DNA of 64,000 nt from NCBI GenBank assembly GCA_963850305.1, contig CAWKKR010000001.1, positions 864,001-928,000 of the forward strand, read 5' to 3'. The notes beneath the pieces were generated by a model that searched no databases, was not told the origin of the DNA, and saw only the letters and a program-made list of their open reading frames with translations. The stretch's first letter is position 1. Every line of letters begins with the position of its first letter. Positions 41,219 through 51,120 of this stretch are shown here, piece by piece. The position numbers and the translations under genes are program-made. Origin of the DNA: an uncultured delta proteobacterium. GTDB taxonomy: Bacteria; Myxococcota_A; Polyangia; Polyangiales; Polyangiaceae.

Positions 41219-42136
41219 ATGACACCGAGATTCCGCCACGGCAAACTCGTGCTTTTCACGCTCCTGCTCGCGTCCACGGCGTGGGCCGACGACGCACCCG
41301 ACATCGGGAAGCTGGCCGGCATCGTCCGCTGGGGCGGTGTGCTCCTTTCGATGTTCGTGGTCGTCGGCAGCACGGTCGTGGTCCGGCTGATCGGGAATGT
41401 GGCGACCCGATTGACCTCGCGGTTCGCCAATCGTCGTCCCTTCATTCAGCAGACGGAATCGATCGCGCGATTCTTGATCTACATCGTCGCCGCGATCATC
41501 TGTCTCGGGCTCAGTGTGCGACTCGACCCGACGGCGGTCACCCTCATCGGCGGCAGCCTTGCGTTCGCGGTCGGCTTCGCCATGCGCGATCTGGTGGCCG
41601 CCTTCATCGCCGGGATCACGATCATGTTCGATCGGCCGTTCCAGGTCGGTGACCGTGTCATGTATGCGGGTGAGTATGGGGACATCGTGAAGATCGGCCT
41701 CCGCAGCGTGCAGATGAACACGCTCGATCACAACATCGTGACGATCCCGAACAACAAGGTGCTCACGGACGTCACCTCGAGCGGCAACTACGGGGCTCTC
41801 GACATGCAGGTGGCGATGACCTTTTACGTGGGCATCGATCAGGACCTGGAGCTAGCATCCGAGCTCGTCCGCGAGGCATGCCTCACGAGTCCTTACGTGT
41901 TCCTGGATCGGGCGGTACCAGTGCTCGCCCGACAGGTGATGCAGGAGAGCTACGTGGCCGTGGAGCTCAAGGCGCGTCCGTACGTTTTCGATTGTCGGTA
42001 CGAGAAGCCGTTCGAGACCGACGTCCATCTGCGCGTCCTCAAGGCGTTTCGCGAAGCCGGGATCAAACCTCCGGCCGTTCTCGTCCGTCGCACCGACGGC
42101 GAGCGTGACCCGGCAGAGAGCCCGGCGTCCCCCTGA
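41219..42136 (+). CDS. MscS-family mechanosensitive channel
   Basis: AVGFA.RD..A.FIAG..I.FDRPFQVGD, IGLRS, VTIPN. Confidence 0.92.
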   Translation: MTPRFRHGKLVLFTLLLASTAWADDAPDIGKLAGIVRWGGVLLSMFVVVGSTVVVRLIGNVATRLTSRFANRRPFIQQTESIARFLIYIVAAIICLGLSVRLDPTAVTLIGGSLAFAVGFAMRDLVAAFIAGITIMFDRPFQVGDRVMYAGEYGDIVKIGLRSVQMNTLDHNIVTIPNNKVLTDVTSSGNYGALDMQVAMTFYVGIDQDLELASELVREACLTSPYVFLDRAVPVLARQVMQESYVAVELKARPYVFDCRYEKPFETDVHLRVLKAFREAGIKPPAVLVRRTDGERDPAESPASP

Positions 42137-42239
42137 TTTCGGACGCGGCGACGACCGATGGCATTGCGGGACGCGCCTTCGAGGCTTACGCCGACGGAAC
42201 GTTGCCCTCCGAACGGCCGACTCTCGCGAAAGAGCACCA

Positions 42240-42824
42240 ATGACGCTCGCCGGGCTCCTCGCTCGTTACGGGTACCTCGCGGTGCTCGGCGGTTCGTTCC
42301 TCGAAGGAGAAACCATCGTGCTGATGGGCGGGTTCTCGGCGCACGGAGGCTACCTCGGGCTCCCGGGCGTCATCGCGGCGGCGTTCGTCGGAAGCCTCGT
42401 GGGCGACCAACTCGCCTACTTCCTGGGCCGAGAATACGGCGACCGCTTGCTCGCGCGACGACCGAAGTGGCGCCCCACGATCGAGCTGGTCCGCGACCGA
42501 CTTCATCGACATAGCACGTGGCTGCTCGTCGGCTTTCGTTTCCTGTACGGGTTGCGGAACGCCGTGCCGTTCGCCGCGGGAATGACCGGCATCGCACCGC
42601 GCAAATTCGCGCCGCTGAACATTCTCGGCGCGGCGCTCTGGGCCCCGTCGATCACCTTGCTCGGATACGCCTTCGGAAGCGCCTTCGAGGCGTTCCTCGA
42701 CCGCGCACGGCACCTCGAAGTGCGAGCGTTCCTGAGCCTGACGCTCGTGGGGGTCGTATTGTTCACGTGGCGTCGGGTTCAGCGAGCGCACGCGTTGCGC
42801 AGGGCCCGGCTCAAGAATGAATGA
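42240..42824 (+). CDS. DedA-family membrane protein
   Basis: YGYLAV...FLEGET, GDQ..Y.LGR, RF.YGLR, F..LN..GA.LW. Confidence 0.92.
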   Translation: MTLAGLLARYGYLAVLGGSFLEGETIVLMGGFSAHGGYLGLPGVIAAAFVGSLVGDQLAYFLGREYGDRLLARRPKWRPTIELVRDRLHRHSTWLLVGFRFLYGLRNAVPFAAGMTGIAPRKFAPLNILGAALWAPSITLLGYAFGSAFEAFLDRARHLEVRAFLSLTLVGVVLFTWRRVQRAHALRRARLKNE

Positions 42825-44367
42825 CGATCGGCGTTCCGCGTTCTTTGTTGATCACGCCGTGCCATCCGCCCGGAACCTGTGGATCGGTCCACTCGAAGAG
42901 CCACGCGGCGTCGCGCGGAGACAGGTTGATGCACCCATGGCTCCGGACCTTGCCGAACTGGTCGTGCCAGTAAGCGCCGTGAAGCGCGTATCCCTTGTGG
43001 AAATACTGCACGAACGGCACGTCTCGAAGACTGTATGAGTCGCTCACGTCGTCATCCGCGTCCATCGTCGCGGAGACGTGCTTCGTGTGGATCATGAAGG
43101 TGCCCCGGACGGTCGCCGGCGCCTTGTCTGGGTCTGCCAGGCCGGCGATTCCCGTGCTCACGAGCGTCACGTACACGGCCTTCGTGCCCTCGTAACCGAC
43201 GAGGCTCTGATCGCGGATCGACACGTCGATCCACTTTCGGTCCCCTTCAGCGACGCTCGGGTATGACTTCCGCTTTTCGATGATGAGCGCGCTCGATGCT
43301 GGCACGAAAACGTCGGGGGCACCGCCCTCGCCCGGCTTGCCCTCCCAGAAGCGCACTCCCTGGTATTCGACAGTTCGCCCGGTCAGCTTGATCGCCTCCC
43401 TGAAGTCGAAAGTCCCTGCCGGCTTCAGTTGCCCTGGGTGTATTTCCTGGTAACGGAACGCAGCACGCTTCGTGACGATGGCGACCGGCAGATCTTCGTC
43501 CGCCGCCAGCGCTACGCCGTGAAAGGCGCTCGGGCGCACGATTCTCGTGCGATCCATCGGGATGAGGTCGAGCTCCGTCGTGAGCCCGAATGCCCGCTTG
43601 TGCCACTCGAAGATACGCTCCAGCGCGAAGCCGGCGTCCGGATCCGACTGTCCCGCCTGCACCGATCTGTGGAGCCCCTTTTCTGTTCCATATGGCTTGA
43701 TCAAAGACTGACCGTTCGCACGCGGGACGAACGCCGGCGGGTCGCCCAGATCGCCGACGAGCGCCGAGAGTCCCTCGGTCCGGTACTCGTTCATCCATTC
43801 GGCGGCGCGCTCGGCATAAGCGGAACCCTCGACGGTCGTCATCTCCGCGTCGGTCGGCAGGCGAAAATAGAAGTGCGGGCCCGGACTCTTCGCCATCGCG
43901 TAGACGTACGGCAGAGCGTCGCCACGCTTCGGCGGCACGTCGGACTCGACGACGACCGGATTCGACGGATCGAGCGTCGCGCCCCGTCCGACGCAGACGA
44001 ACCCGCGCGGGTTGATGCGATACCAGCCGCCCGGGCATCCCTCGTTTCGAATCTCCGGGCCGCGGCGAGGCACGATCGCCCCCGCCCGCAGATAGCCGAA
44101 GCGGGTGCGCTTCGGTCCCGTGTCGGAGTAGACCCAGGTACGCCAGGCGATGCTCGCGATGTTCTCGCCGGTGGGTGAAAAGGGCAGGTTGTCCAACTCG
44201 GTGCCGAGCGCCGCAACCCGCTGAGCACCGACCTTGCTTTCGACCCTGGCGTCCGGTGCACCTCCCAGCACATTTGCCGAGGTGCCCACCCCCGCCGCGC
44301 TCCCGGGCGGGGCGCTCGACGAACACGCGACGACGAGCGCTCCCAGGGCCAAGATCGAGCCGCGCAT
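42811..44367 (-). CDS. L,D-transpeptidase (YkuD-type) lipoprotein
   Basis: Lipobox VVA-C; WIDVS..Q.L..YEG, VSTG, ALHGAYWH..FG...SHGCINL. Confidence 0.9.
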   Translation of the reverse strand: MRGSILALGALVVACSSSAPPGSAAGVGTSANVLGGAPDARVESKVGAQRVAALGTELDNLPFSPTGENIASIAWRTWVYSDTGPKRTRFGYLRAGAIVPRRGPEIRNEGCPGGWYRINPRGFVCVGRGATLDPSNPVVVESDVPPKRGDALPYVYAMAKSPGPHFYFRLPTDAEMTTVEGSAYAERAAEWMNEYRTEGLSALVGDLGDPPAFVPRANGQSLIKPYGTEKGLHRSVQAGQSDPDAGFALERIFEWHKRAFGLTTELDLIPMDRTRIVRPSAFHGVALAADEDLPVAIVTKRAAFRYQEIHPGQLKPAGTFDFREAIKLTGRTVEYQGVRFWEGKPGEGGAPDVFVPASSALIIEKRKSYPSVAEGDRKWIDVSIRDQSLVGYEGTKAVYVTLVSTGIAGLADPDKAPATVRGTFMIHTKHVSATMDADDDVSDSYSLRDVPFVQYFHKGYALHGAYWHDQFGKVRSHGCINLSPRDAAWLFEWTDPQVPGGWHGVINKERGTPIVIHS

Positions 44368-44418
44368 CGCTTCGGCGCGACCGTTAACACGTTTCGGCGC
44401 TAGAAATGGGGGCAGACT

Positions 44419-44896
44419 ATGCTCGCGCTCATGCGAATCCCCTCCGCCGCGTGGCGACTCGTTCGCGAGGCCTCCCGGCATTTACTCCGGCGCCCCGTGA
44501 TCGGCATTGCAGCCGCGGCGCGCACCAAGGACGGACGCTGGCTCCTGATCCGGCGGGGGGACACGGGAGAATGGGCTCTACCGGGCGGCACCCTCGAGTG
44601 GGGGGAAACGCTGCGCAACGGCATCGTTCGGGAAATCATCGAAGAGACGGGAGCCCGCGTCGCCGCGCTCGGGGGCCTCAGCGGCGTTTATTCCCGAAGC
44701 GATCGCGACGTCCGCTTCCACGCCGTGACGGTCGTCGTCCACGCGGAGGTCACCGAACCTACCGCGCCCCCGTCGAAATCCCATGGAAATCCTCGATGTT
44801 CAGCTCTTCGCAGACGATGCCCTGCCCCCGAACCTCGGGATGGGGATGACCGACATGCTCGAAAACGCACGTCGCGGAGGCGTCTCTTGGGAATGA
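44419..44896 (+). pseudogene. NUDIX hydrolase with an apparent 1-nt insertion near 44767-44778 (pseudogene or assembly error)
   Basis: Nudix box ALPGG..EWGE......REIIEETG; natural C-terminus NPMEILDVQLF...WE* lies in the +1 frame. Confidence 0.78.
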
Positions 44897-44928
44897 TCGG
44901 CCACCACTCGTACGTTGCAGGCTCGCCC

Positions 44929-46068
44929 ATGAAGCTCCTAGCAAAGGTCTCGATCGCCGTCTCGCTTTCCACGTCTGGGTGCGGGCTATTCGGGGGACTC
45001 CGGGTCGACTCCGTCGCAACGTCGATTCAGAAGCCGAGCAACGTCGCGTTCTACGTGTCCGTACGCCACGGGGACCACGCTGCGCTGGGCCTCTTCGAGA
45101 AGAATTTCCTCATCTCGGAGGACGGGAAGGACCTGTCGACGGAGGAGACGCGCCAGACCTTGCTCCCTCGCGACATGGCAGCCGTGCACCGCGCGCTTCT
45201 GCTCGTCGACATGAGCGGCCCGATTGCCGACGGCGACACGCGACAGCGCATCGCCGAGGCCGTCGCGCGATTCGTTTCTCGCGCGCACGTGGCCGAGCCC
45301 GTGACGGTGTACGCGTTCGACGGAGGGGCGGCACTGCATCTCGTCGGCGAGTATCCGCAGGGAACGGAGGAGATCACCGACGTCCCGGCGCTCGCGACAT
45401 ACTCGCCCTCCGATCCCTCGAGCAATCTCGACGGCGCGGTCATCGAGGCGATGACACAACTCGACGCGCGGTTGATGATGGCCGAGAAGCCCGTGCGAGT
45501 CGGCTCGCTCATCGTGTTCGCGCGGGGACCCGATCTTGCCGGACGCGTGCCGGAGAGCAAAATGCGGGATGCGCTCGACGAGTCAAAGGCACTCGTCTTC
45601 GCGATCTCGATCAAGGACACACCTGGCTTCCGGGCGAGCCGGATCGGCCGCGACGGCGCGTTCGAAGCGGAGTCGAGCGAGTCAATCCTCCACGCGTTCG
45701 ACAATGCAGGCGGACGGGTCGCCGAAGCTGTCGGACGTTATTACCTGCTCTCGTATTGCACGCCTGCCCGCGCCGGCATGCGGCACGTCCGTATCGAGGT
45801 CGTGACGAACGACGACGAGGGCAAGCAGATCAGCGGCACTATGTCAGCGGACTTCGACGCCTCGGGATTCACGTCCGGCTGCGACCCCACGCAGCGCCCG
45901 AGATTCGTCGTGCAACCGGATCCCGAAGCACACGACAGAGGTGCTTCACGTGCCACGCAACCCGAGGACAGGACCCGGAAGCCCTCCGCACCGAAGTCCG
46001 CGACACCGGCGCCGGACGACGGCGATGGCGTCGTGCCCCCACCCTCCAAACCCGGCTATGCGCAGTGA
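44929..46068 (+). CDS. VWA-like domain lipoprotein
   Basis: Lipobox TSG-C; LLLVDMSGP (MIDAS-like), VYAFDG, YYLLSYC. Confidence 0.75.
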   Translation: MKLLAKVSIAVSLSTSGCGLFGGLRVDSVATSIQKPSNVAFYVSVRHGDHAALGLFEKNFLISEDGKDLSTEETRQTLLPRDMAAVHRALLLVDMSGPIADGDTRQRIAEAVARFVSRAHVAEPVTVYAFDGGAALHLVGEYPQGTEEITDVPALATYSPSDPSSNLDGAVIEAMTQLDARLMMAEKPVRVGSLIVFARGPDLAGRVPESKMRDALDESKALVFAISIKDTPGFRASRIGRDGAFEAESSESILHAFDNAGGRVAEAVGRYYLLSYCTPARAGMRHVRIEVVTNDDEGKQISGTMSADFDASGFTSGCDPTQRPRFVVQPDPEAHDRGASRATQPEDRTRKPSAPKSATPAPDDGDGVVPPPSKPGYAQ

Positions 46069-46427
46069 CCGAGCCGACCGGCGCGCTCGTCGAGCTCGTC
46101 GATGACGAACGCATCGTCGAGCGGGGGGCGATGCGAACGACGTGGTTCGTTCGACAGGGAGAGTCCTGGACCCGGGCCGCGGAATGGCCCGGCGCGGCGA
46201 CCGAGCGCCGGGATACCGGGCCGGGAACCGTCTGGGAGCGTGCCACTCGGGTTACCCTGCCGGCAGGAACGAAGCTCATGCGCGTCGAGACGCGTCCGCG
46301 CAAAGAGACCAGCCGGGACCCACTTTCATATCTGACGAGCGAGATCCGGCGGCCTCCTCGCGCGACCCGCCGAACCTACTTTCGAGTCGGACCAGGTGGA
46401 CGCCTCCATGCGCTCGCGCGAGACTGA
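46065..46427 (+). CDS. Hypothetical protein
   Basis: GTGA overlap with upstream stop; protein-like 120-codon frame. Confidence 0.55.
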   Translation: MTEPTGALVELVDDERIVERGAMRTTWFVRQGESWTRAAEWPGAATERRDTGPGTVWERATRVTLPAGTKLMRVETRPRKETSRDPLSYLTSEIRRPPRATRRTYFRVGPGGRLHALARD

Positions 46428-46511
46428 GCGCCGACTGTTGCCGAATCGCGATCGTTCATCTACGTTTCGCGGGAGGCCGCGTGACCGCGGATCGATCAGA
46501 GGAAAAGCACC

Positions 46512-46724
46512 TTGGCGATTGAAGTGGAGTCTCTGAAATCCGAGCGGGAGCGACTGAAAGGTCAGCTTCGTGAACTCGAGGCCGAACAACGCAAGGCCGA
46601 GGCGGACTTGAAGGTTCTCCGGCAGAAGGAAATCCGCGGGAAGCGAGAGCTGGAGGCACTCTCCACTCTCATCGAGCTCCACGAGGCCAAGGTCGAGCAC
46701 GTGGAGACGCCGGCGACCGGCTGA
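46512..46724 (+). CDS. Small coiled-coil protein
   Basis: GAGG RBS plus TTG start; heptad L/E/K/R pattern. Confidence 0.65.
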   Translation: MAIEVESLKSERERLKGQLRELEAEQRKAEADLKVLRQKEIRGKRELEALSTLIELHEAKVEHVETPATG

Positions 46725-46728
46725 GGCA

Positions 46729-47145
46729 TCACAGCTTCGTCTTCCCGAGCGACAGAATCCGCTTGAAGTGGGCTGCGGATGCGGGAACGACCGACAGCCG
46801 AGATTTCTTCAGCAGCGCGAAATCGGCGAGCGCGGCATCGGTCTTCATCTCCGCGAGCGAGACCGGCCGGGTCAGGGCCTTCACCGGTTCGAGGTCCACG
46901 GACGACCAATCCCCGTTCTTGGCGGTCCGATCGGGATAGGCCTCCCGGACGACCCGGGCGACGCCCACTACGGCCTTGTCCTCGTTCGAATGGTAGTAAA
47001 GGACGAGATCTCCGGTCTTCATTGAGCGCAAATTATTGCGTGCCTCGAAATTTCGGACCCCGTCCCACCCCGTGCGGCCGTCGGCGACGAAACGATCCCA
47101 CGAGTAAACACTGGGCTCGCTCTTCGCCAAAAAATACTGCGTCAT
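46729..47145 (-). CDS. EVE-domain protein
   Basis: YFL.KSEP..YSW, WDGVRNF.ARN.L..MK.GD...YHS, SRLSV.P. Confidence 0.92.
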   Translation of the reverse strand: MTQYFLAKSEPSVYSWDRFVADGRTGWDGVRNFEARNNLRSMKTGDLVLYYHSNEDKAVVGVARVVREAYPDRTAKNGDWSSVDLEPVKALTRPVSLAEMKTDAALADFALLKKSRLSVVPASAAHFKRILSLGKTKL

Positions 47146-47275
47146 CCGGATAGCCTGGGTTCGTAGCTCGCTTGCCTGCCGGGGTGAACCCGTCTCGTGT
47201 TGGGTGGACGGGCGACGCGGGTTATGCTCAGAAACGCTAGCTTGGGATGCTTTCTCGCGATCCCCGGAGGTTTGG

Positions 47276-49669
47276 ATGCTTCGGCTCAGAGCAATCGGCA
47301 GCCTCGGTTCTGCACTGATCTTGTCGGCGGCCGCGGCAGGGTGCAGCAGCCCGGCGTCGACCCCCAGTTCGCAAGACTCCGGCGTTTCGGACGCGTCCAT
47401 CGCCGCTGGCGGGGCGAGTGCCGACGCGGCCGTCGTCGACGCGGGACCGCCAAGCCTCTGTGGCAACGGGCGGCTCGATCCCGGCGAGCAGTGCGACGAC
47501 GGTAACGAGAAGAACAAGGACGGCTGTGACGACACGTGTGTCTTCTCGTGCGTCCACGGCGTGAGCGACGACGTGTGCAGCGACGGGAACTATTGCAACG
47601 GCCCCGAGGTCTGTAACGCGGACCACACCTGCGGCCCCTCGACGGGACCCCTCGCCGACGGCACGATCTGCGGCCAGGCCAACAAGTGTCAGGCCGGCGT
47701 GTGCCAGACCGCCGCGGCCGATTGCGGGGATTCCCTGGTCGAGCCCCCGGAGGAATGTGACAACGGCAGCGCGGGCGATTCCGCGGGCTGCGTCGCCTGC
47801 CGCTTCACGTGCGTATCATCGGACCCCACACGTAACTGCATTCCCGCGGATTCGTGCGCCGGCAAGGGATCGTGCGACGACGGCACTCACGTGTGCACGC
47901 CGGGAACGCCCCTGAAGGACCTGACGCCGTGCGGCTCGGGAGAAGCGTGCATATCGGGAGCGTGCACGAGCCACTACTGCTCGAACGGACAAGTCGACCC
48001 AGGCGAGGAATGTGATGACGGCAATCTCGTCGCTGGCGACGGCTGCGAACCCGATTGCAAGTTCACGTGCCTGGCGTCCGACACCACGCGAAACTGCCAC
48101 TCTTCCAACACGTGCATCAACTCGGGGCTGTGTAGCTCGAGCACGCATCTGTGCTCTCCGCTCCTGCCCAAAACCGCAGGCACGGCGTGCGGCACCAAGG
48201 ACGACTGCGTCGCGGGCAACTGCGTCCAGCCAATCTGTGGGGACGGAATCGTCGCTCAAGGGATCGAGGAGTGCGACGACGGCAACTCCGTCGACGGCGA
48301 CGGCTGCGATACCAACTGCACCTTCAGCTGCCACGCAGCCACGGCCGCGACCGACTGCGCGGCGAAGACGCCGAGCTGCCGGAGCGCGACGTGCTCCGCC
48401 GGGCACGTGTGCTCGAGCGTCGCGGATAACGCCAACACCGCGGCTTGCACATTTGGAGCGATGGGGTCTACCACGACGAGCACGTGCGCCGGCGGGAACT
48501 GCGGGACGTGCGGCAACGGCACCGTCGACACCGGAGAGCAATGCGACGACGGCAACGCCGTCTCCGGTGACGGCTGCGAGCCGAACTGCACCTTCTCTTG
48601 CACGGCCAGCGCCAGCTGCGACGACGGGGATCCTTGCAACGGAGCGGAGACCTGCAACACGACGACGCACCAGTGCGCGCTGGGGACGAGCGAGGCAACG
48701 GGGACGACCTGCGGGACCGGTAAGGTCTGCATCGACGCTTCGTGCCGGCCGAGCATCTGCGGGGACGGCTACACGGACGCCACAAAGAACGAAACGTGTG
48801 ATCCACCGAACACCGTCGGCTGTGACGCCTCCTGCAAGGCCCTCACCCTTTGCGACATCAGCGGCGACTGGGCCCTCAAGGTGACCGAGTCCGTCAGCTG
48901 GGGAGACGGCCAGGTGCTGCTCCAGGCCACCGGCCAGATCTATCAGTGGGCGAAGCTCAGCATCACGCAGACTGGCACGGCCTTCACGGCCACCCTGCGC
49001 GCCTGCGGCCTCACGATCCCCGACTTTCACACGTCCGTCGCGCTCGGCGACGAGTGGTACGGCACGGCATTCCCGAACGCCATGTTCGATAAATCCACGA
49101 TGCCGACGTTCTCGCTCACAGGCTCACTCAGCAACGTCGCGCCGGGAGCCGACGTCGAGATCCGGCAATCCGCGGTTCTGCTCGGACTCACGATCCCGAC
49201 GACGGAGGCCGCCTCCGTGCTGTGGCCCGACGACCCGGCGGATCTGCTCCCGGCCAACGGTTTCACCATCGTCGACCAGGACAGTGACGGCAATCCGGGG
49301 ATCACCGCTCTCGCCAAGACGGGAACGATCCCTGCGGGGTCCCCCGGCGCGGGAGCGACGTACCGGGATCCGATCGAGGATCTCTCGAACGGGCTCGATG
49401 ACCCCGGGCGCGCGAATGAGCTCTACCTGGTCATCCGGCAAATAACGTCCCAGTCCGGCACGCTGAACTCGTGCACGTCGATGAGCGGCACCTCGACGGC
49501 GTCGATCGACAACCACATCATCGGGTGCCAGGTGGACGGCGGCGGCACCTGCTCCCTTGCGCTGCTCGACGGCGCGAGGCCGCTGTACACGGTCAGCCAG
49601 GCATTGTTCAGCGCGAGCAAGGTGACGACCGGCGCGGCCTGCGCCGCGGTGAGGGCGGCGCAGCCATGA
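47276..49669 (+). CDS. Lipoprotein with myxobacterial Cys-rich (DUF4215-like) repeats and an unnamed C-terminal domain
   Basis: GGAGG RBS; lipobox AAG-C; six C(G/S)(N/D)G....E.CD(D)G-type repeats. Confidence 0.86.
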   Translation: MLRLRAIGSLGSALILSAAAAGCSSPASTPSSQDSGVSDASIAAGGASADAAVVDAGPPSLCGNGRLDPGEQCDDGNEKNKDGCDDTCVFSCVHGVSDDVCSDGNYCNGPEVCNADHTCGPSTGPLADGTICGQANKCQAGVCQTAAADCGDSLVEPPEECDNGSAGDSAGCVACRFTCVSSDPTRNCIPADSCAGKGSCDDGTHVCTPGTPLKDLTPCGSGEACISGACTSHYCSNGQVDPGEECDDGNLVAGDGCEPDCKFTCLASDTTRNCHSSNTCINSGLCSSSTHLCSPLLPKTAGTACGTKDDCVAGNCVQPICGDGIVAQGIEECDDGNSVDGDGCDTNCTFSCHAATAATDCAAKTPSCRSATCSAGHVCSSVADNANTAACTFGAMGSTTTSTCAGGNCGTCGNGTVDTGEQCDDGNAVSGDGCEPNCTFSCTASASCDDGDPCNGAETCNTTTHQCALGTSEATGTTCGTGKVCIDASCRPSICGDGYTDATKNETCDPPNTVGCDASCKALTLCDISGDWALKVTESVSWGDGQVLLQATGQIYQWAKLSITQTGTAFTATLRACGLTIPDFHTSVALGDEWYGTAFPNAMFDKSTMPTFSLTGSLSNVAPGADVEIRQSAVLLGLTIPTTEAASVLWPDDPADLLPANGFTIVDQDSDGNPGITALAKTGTIPAGSPGAGATYRDPIEDLSNGLDDPGRANELYLVIRQITSQSGTLNSCTSMSGTSTASIDNHIIGCQVDGGGTCSLALLDGARPLYTVSQALFSASKVTTGAACAAVRAAQP

Positions 49670-51120
49670 GACTCGAACTGACCCTCTCGGCTGGGATGGC
49701 GGCGCGCCGCGCGCCTCATGTTATGTTTCAGGTCGTGCTTCGATCGGCCCTGTTCGCCCTTCCCTTTCTCGGCCTGTCGCTCTCCCTCGTCGGATGCGAC
49801 GTCTATAATTCGTCGCTCCTGACGTCAAAGCCTGGCACCGGCGGTGCCGCGGGCTCGACCGGCGGCGTCTCGAACGAAGCTGGCCCGGTGTGCGACCACA
49901 TCACGTATCCGCCGAAGGTGAATGCCTCCGGAGATTCCGGAACCGGCGGGGATATCGAGATCGTCACGGTGCAGAGCAACGTCGATCTCGGAGACAGCAC
50001 TCCCAACCCGACGGTGGAACCCACCGCGTACCGAACCATCGGGTTCGATCTCGACGACACGTGCACCACGGCCGCAAACCCGAAAGCCGGGCAGTGCGTC
50101 GTGACCGGACCCGGCGTCATTGATGGCCCCGAAGGGCAGGACAACGCGCTCGGCGCGATCACGCAATTCGTCCGGGACCGGATCACGACATTCAGCTCGG
50201 CGCTCTACACGGAGCAGCTTCACGATCAGGGCTCGGCGAACGCCATCGTCCATATCAGCGGGTACAACGGCCAGGCGAATGACGATCAGGTTCGGGCCGA
50301 GGTCATGGTGACGGCGCCCTTCGACGCGTTCAACCCGGGCTCGAAGCCGAAATGGGACGGTACCGACGTCTGGCCGATCGCATCCGACTCGGTGCTCAAC
50401 AAGAACCGGGCAACCCCGCTCTTCGTCGACACGAACGCATACGTCACTAACTACCACGTCGTCGTCAGCCTCAAGCAGGCGTCGCTGCGGCTCCTCGTGG
50501 CGCTCGAGGGCAACCAGAATCCCGTCAACCTCTCGCTGAACCTCTGGGGCGCTTTCACGGTCTGCACACTGGTCCCCTCCACCGTCGGCCACTGGGGCTG
50601 GACCGCGCAGGACTGCACGCTCGCCGGCCGCTGGCAGGCTGATGATCTGGTGCACCAGCTCTCCCATTTCCCCGATCCTCTATCGCCCGCGACCGCGCCC
50701 ACGCCGCTCTGCGACAAGCCCGGCTCGTATCCTGCATTCAAGGACGCGATCTGCAGTCTGATGGACGTCTACACGTTCGGCGTCCCCGGGCCCGGGATCC
50801 CGTGCGATGCGCTCTCCGTCGGGGTGAAGTTCGACATGGCGCCGGCAAATCTCGGCGACGTGTACGACGTGAGCCCCGTCGGCGAACTGTGCCCGCCGGG
50901 CGAACAGCCCAGCCAGGACTCGTGCGAGGGCTCTCCCGACGCCGGCAGTGGCGGCGCGACCGGCTCCGGCGGCGCGACCGGCTCCGGCGGCGCGAGCGGC
51001 TCCGGCGGCGCGAGCGGGGGAACCGGAGGAACCCGGGAGCGCGACGCTAGCACGACGCATGACGCCGGCTCGCACGACGCGAGCGTGACGGACGCTTCGA
51101 AAGACGCTAGCCGCGAGTGA
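49666..51120 (+). CDS. Hypothetical lipoprotein with a G/S/T and DA(G/S) tail
   Basis: ATGA overlap (alternative start 49723); lipobox LVG-C; GFDLD..CT and DG..G.DN motifs. Confidence 0.75.
   Translation: MRLELTLSAGMAARRAPHVMFQVVLRSALFALPFLGLSLSLVGCDVYNSSLLTSKPGTGGAAGSTGGVSNEAGPVCDHITYPPKVNASGDSGTGGDIEIVTVQSNVDLGDSTPNPTVEPTAYRTIGFDLDDTCTTAANPKAGQCVVTGPGVIDGPEGQDNALGAITQFVRDRITTFSSALYTEQLHDQGSANAIVHISGYNGQANDDQVRAEVMVTAPFDAFNPGSKPKWDGTDVWPIASDSVLNKNRATPLFVDTNAYVTNYHVVVSLKQASLRLLVALEGNQNPVNLSLNLWGAFTVCTLVPSTVGHWGWTAQDCTLAGRWQADDLVHQLSHFPDPLSPATAPTPLCDKPGSYPAFKDAICSLMDVYTFGVPGPGIPCDALSVGVKFDMAPANLGDVYDVSPVGELCPPGEQPSQDSCEGSPDAGSGGATGSGGATGSGGASGSGGASGGTGGTRERDASTTHDAGSHDASVTDASKDASRE
50950..51017 (+). 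repeat. 18-bp coding tandem repeat GGCGGCGCGA(C/G)CGGCTCC, about 3.8 copies
   Basis: Read directly; encodes GGA(T/S)GS. Confidence 0.88.

Noticed and set aside
46729..47145. EVE protein as part of a modification-dependent defence system
   Set aside because: Stand-alone EVE with no nuclease or toxin neighbour.
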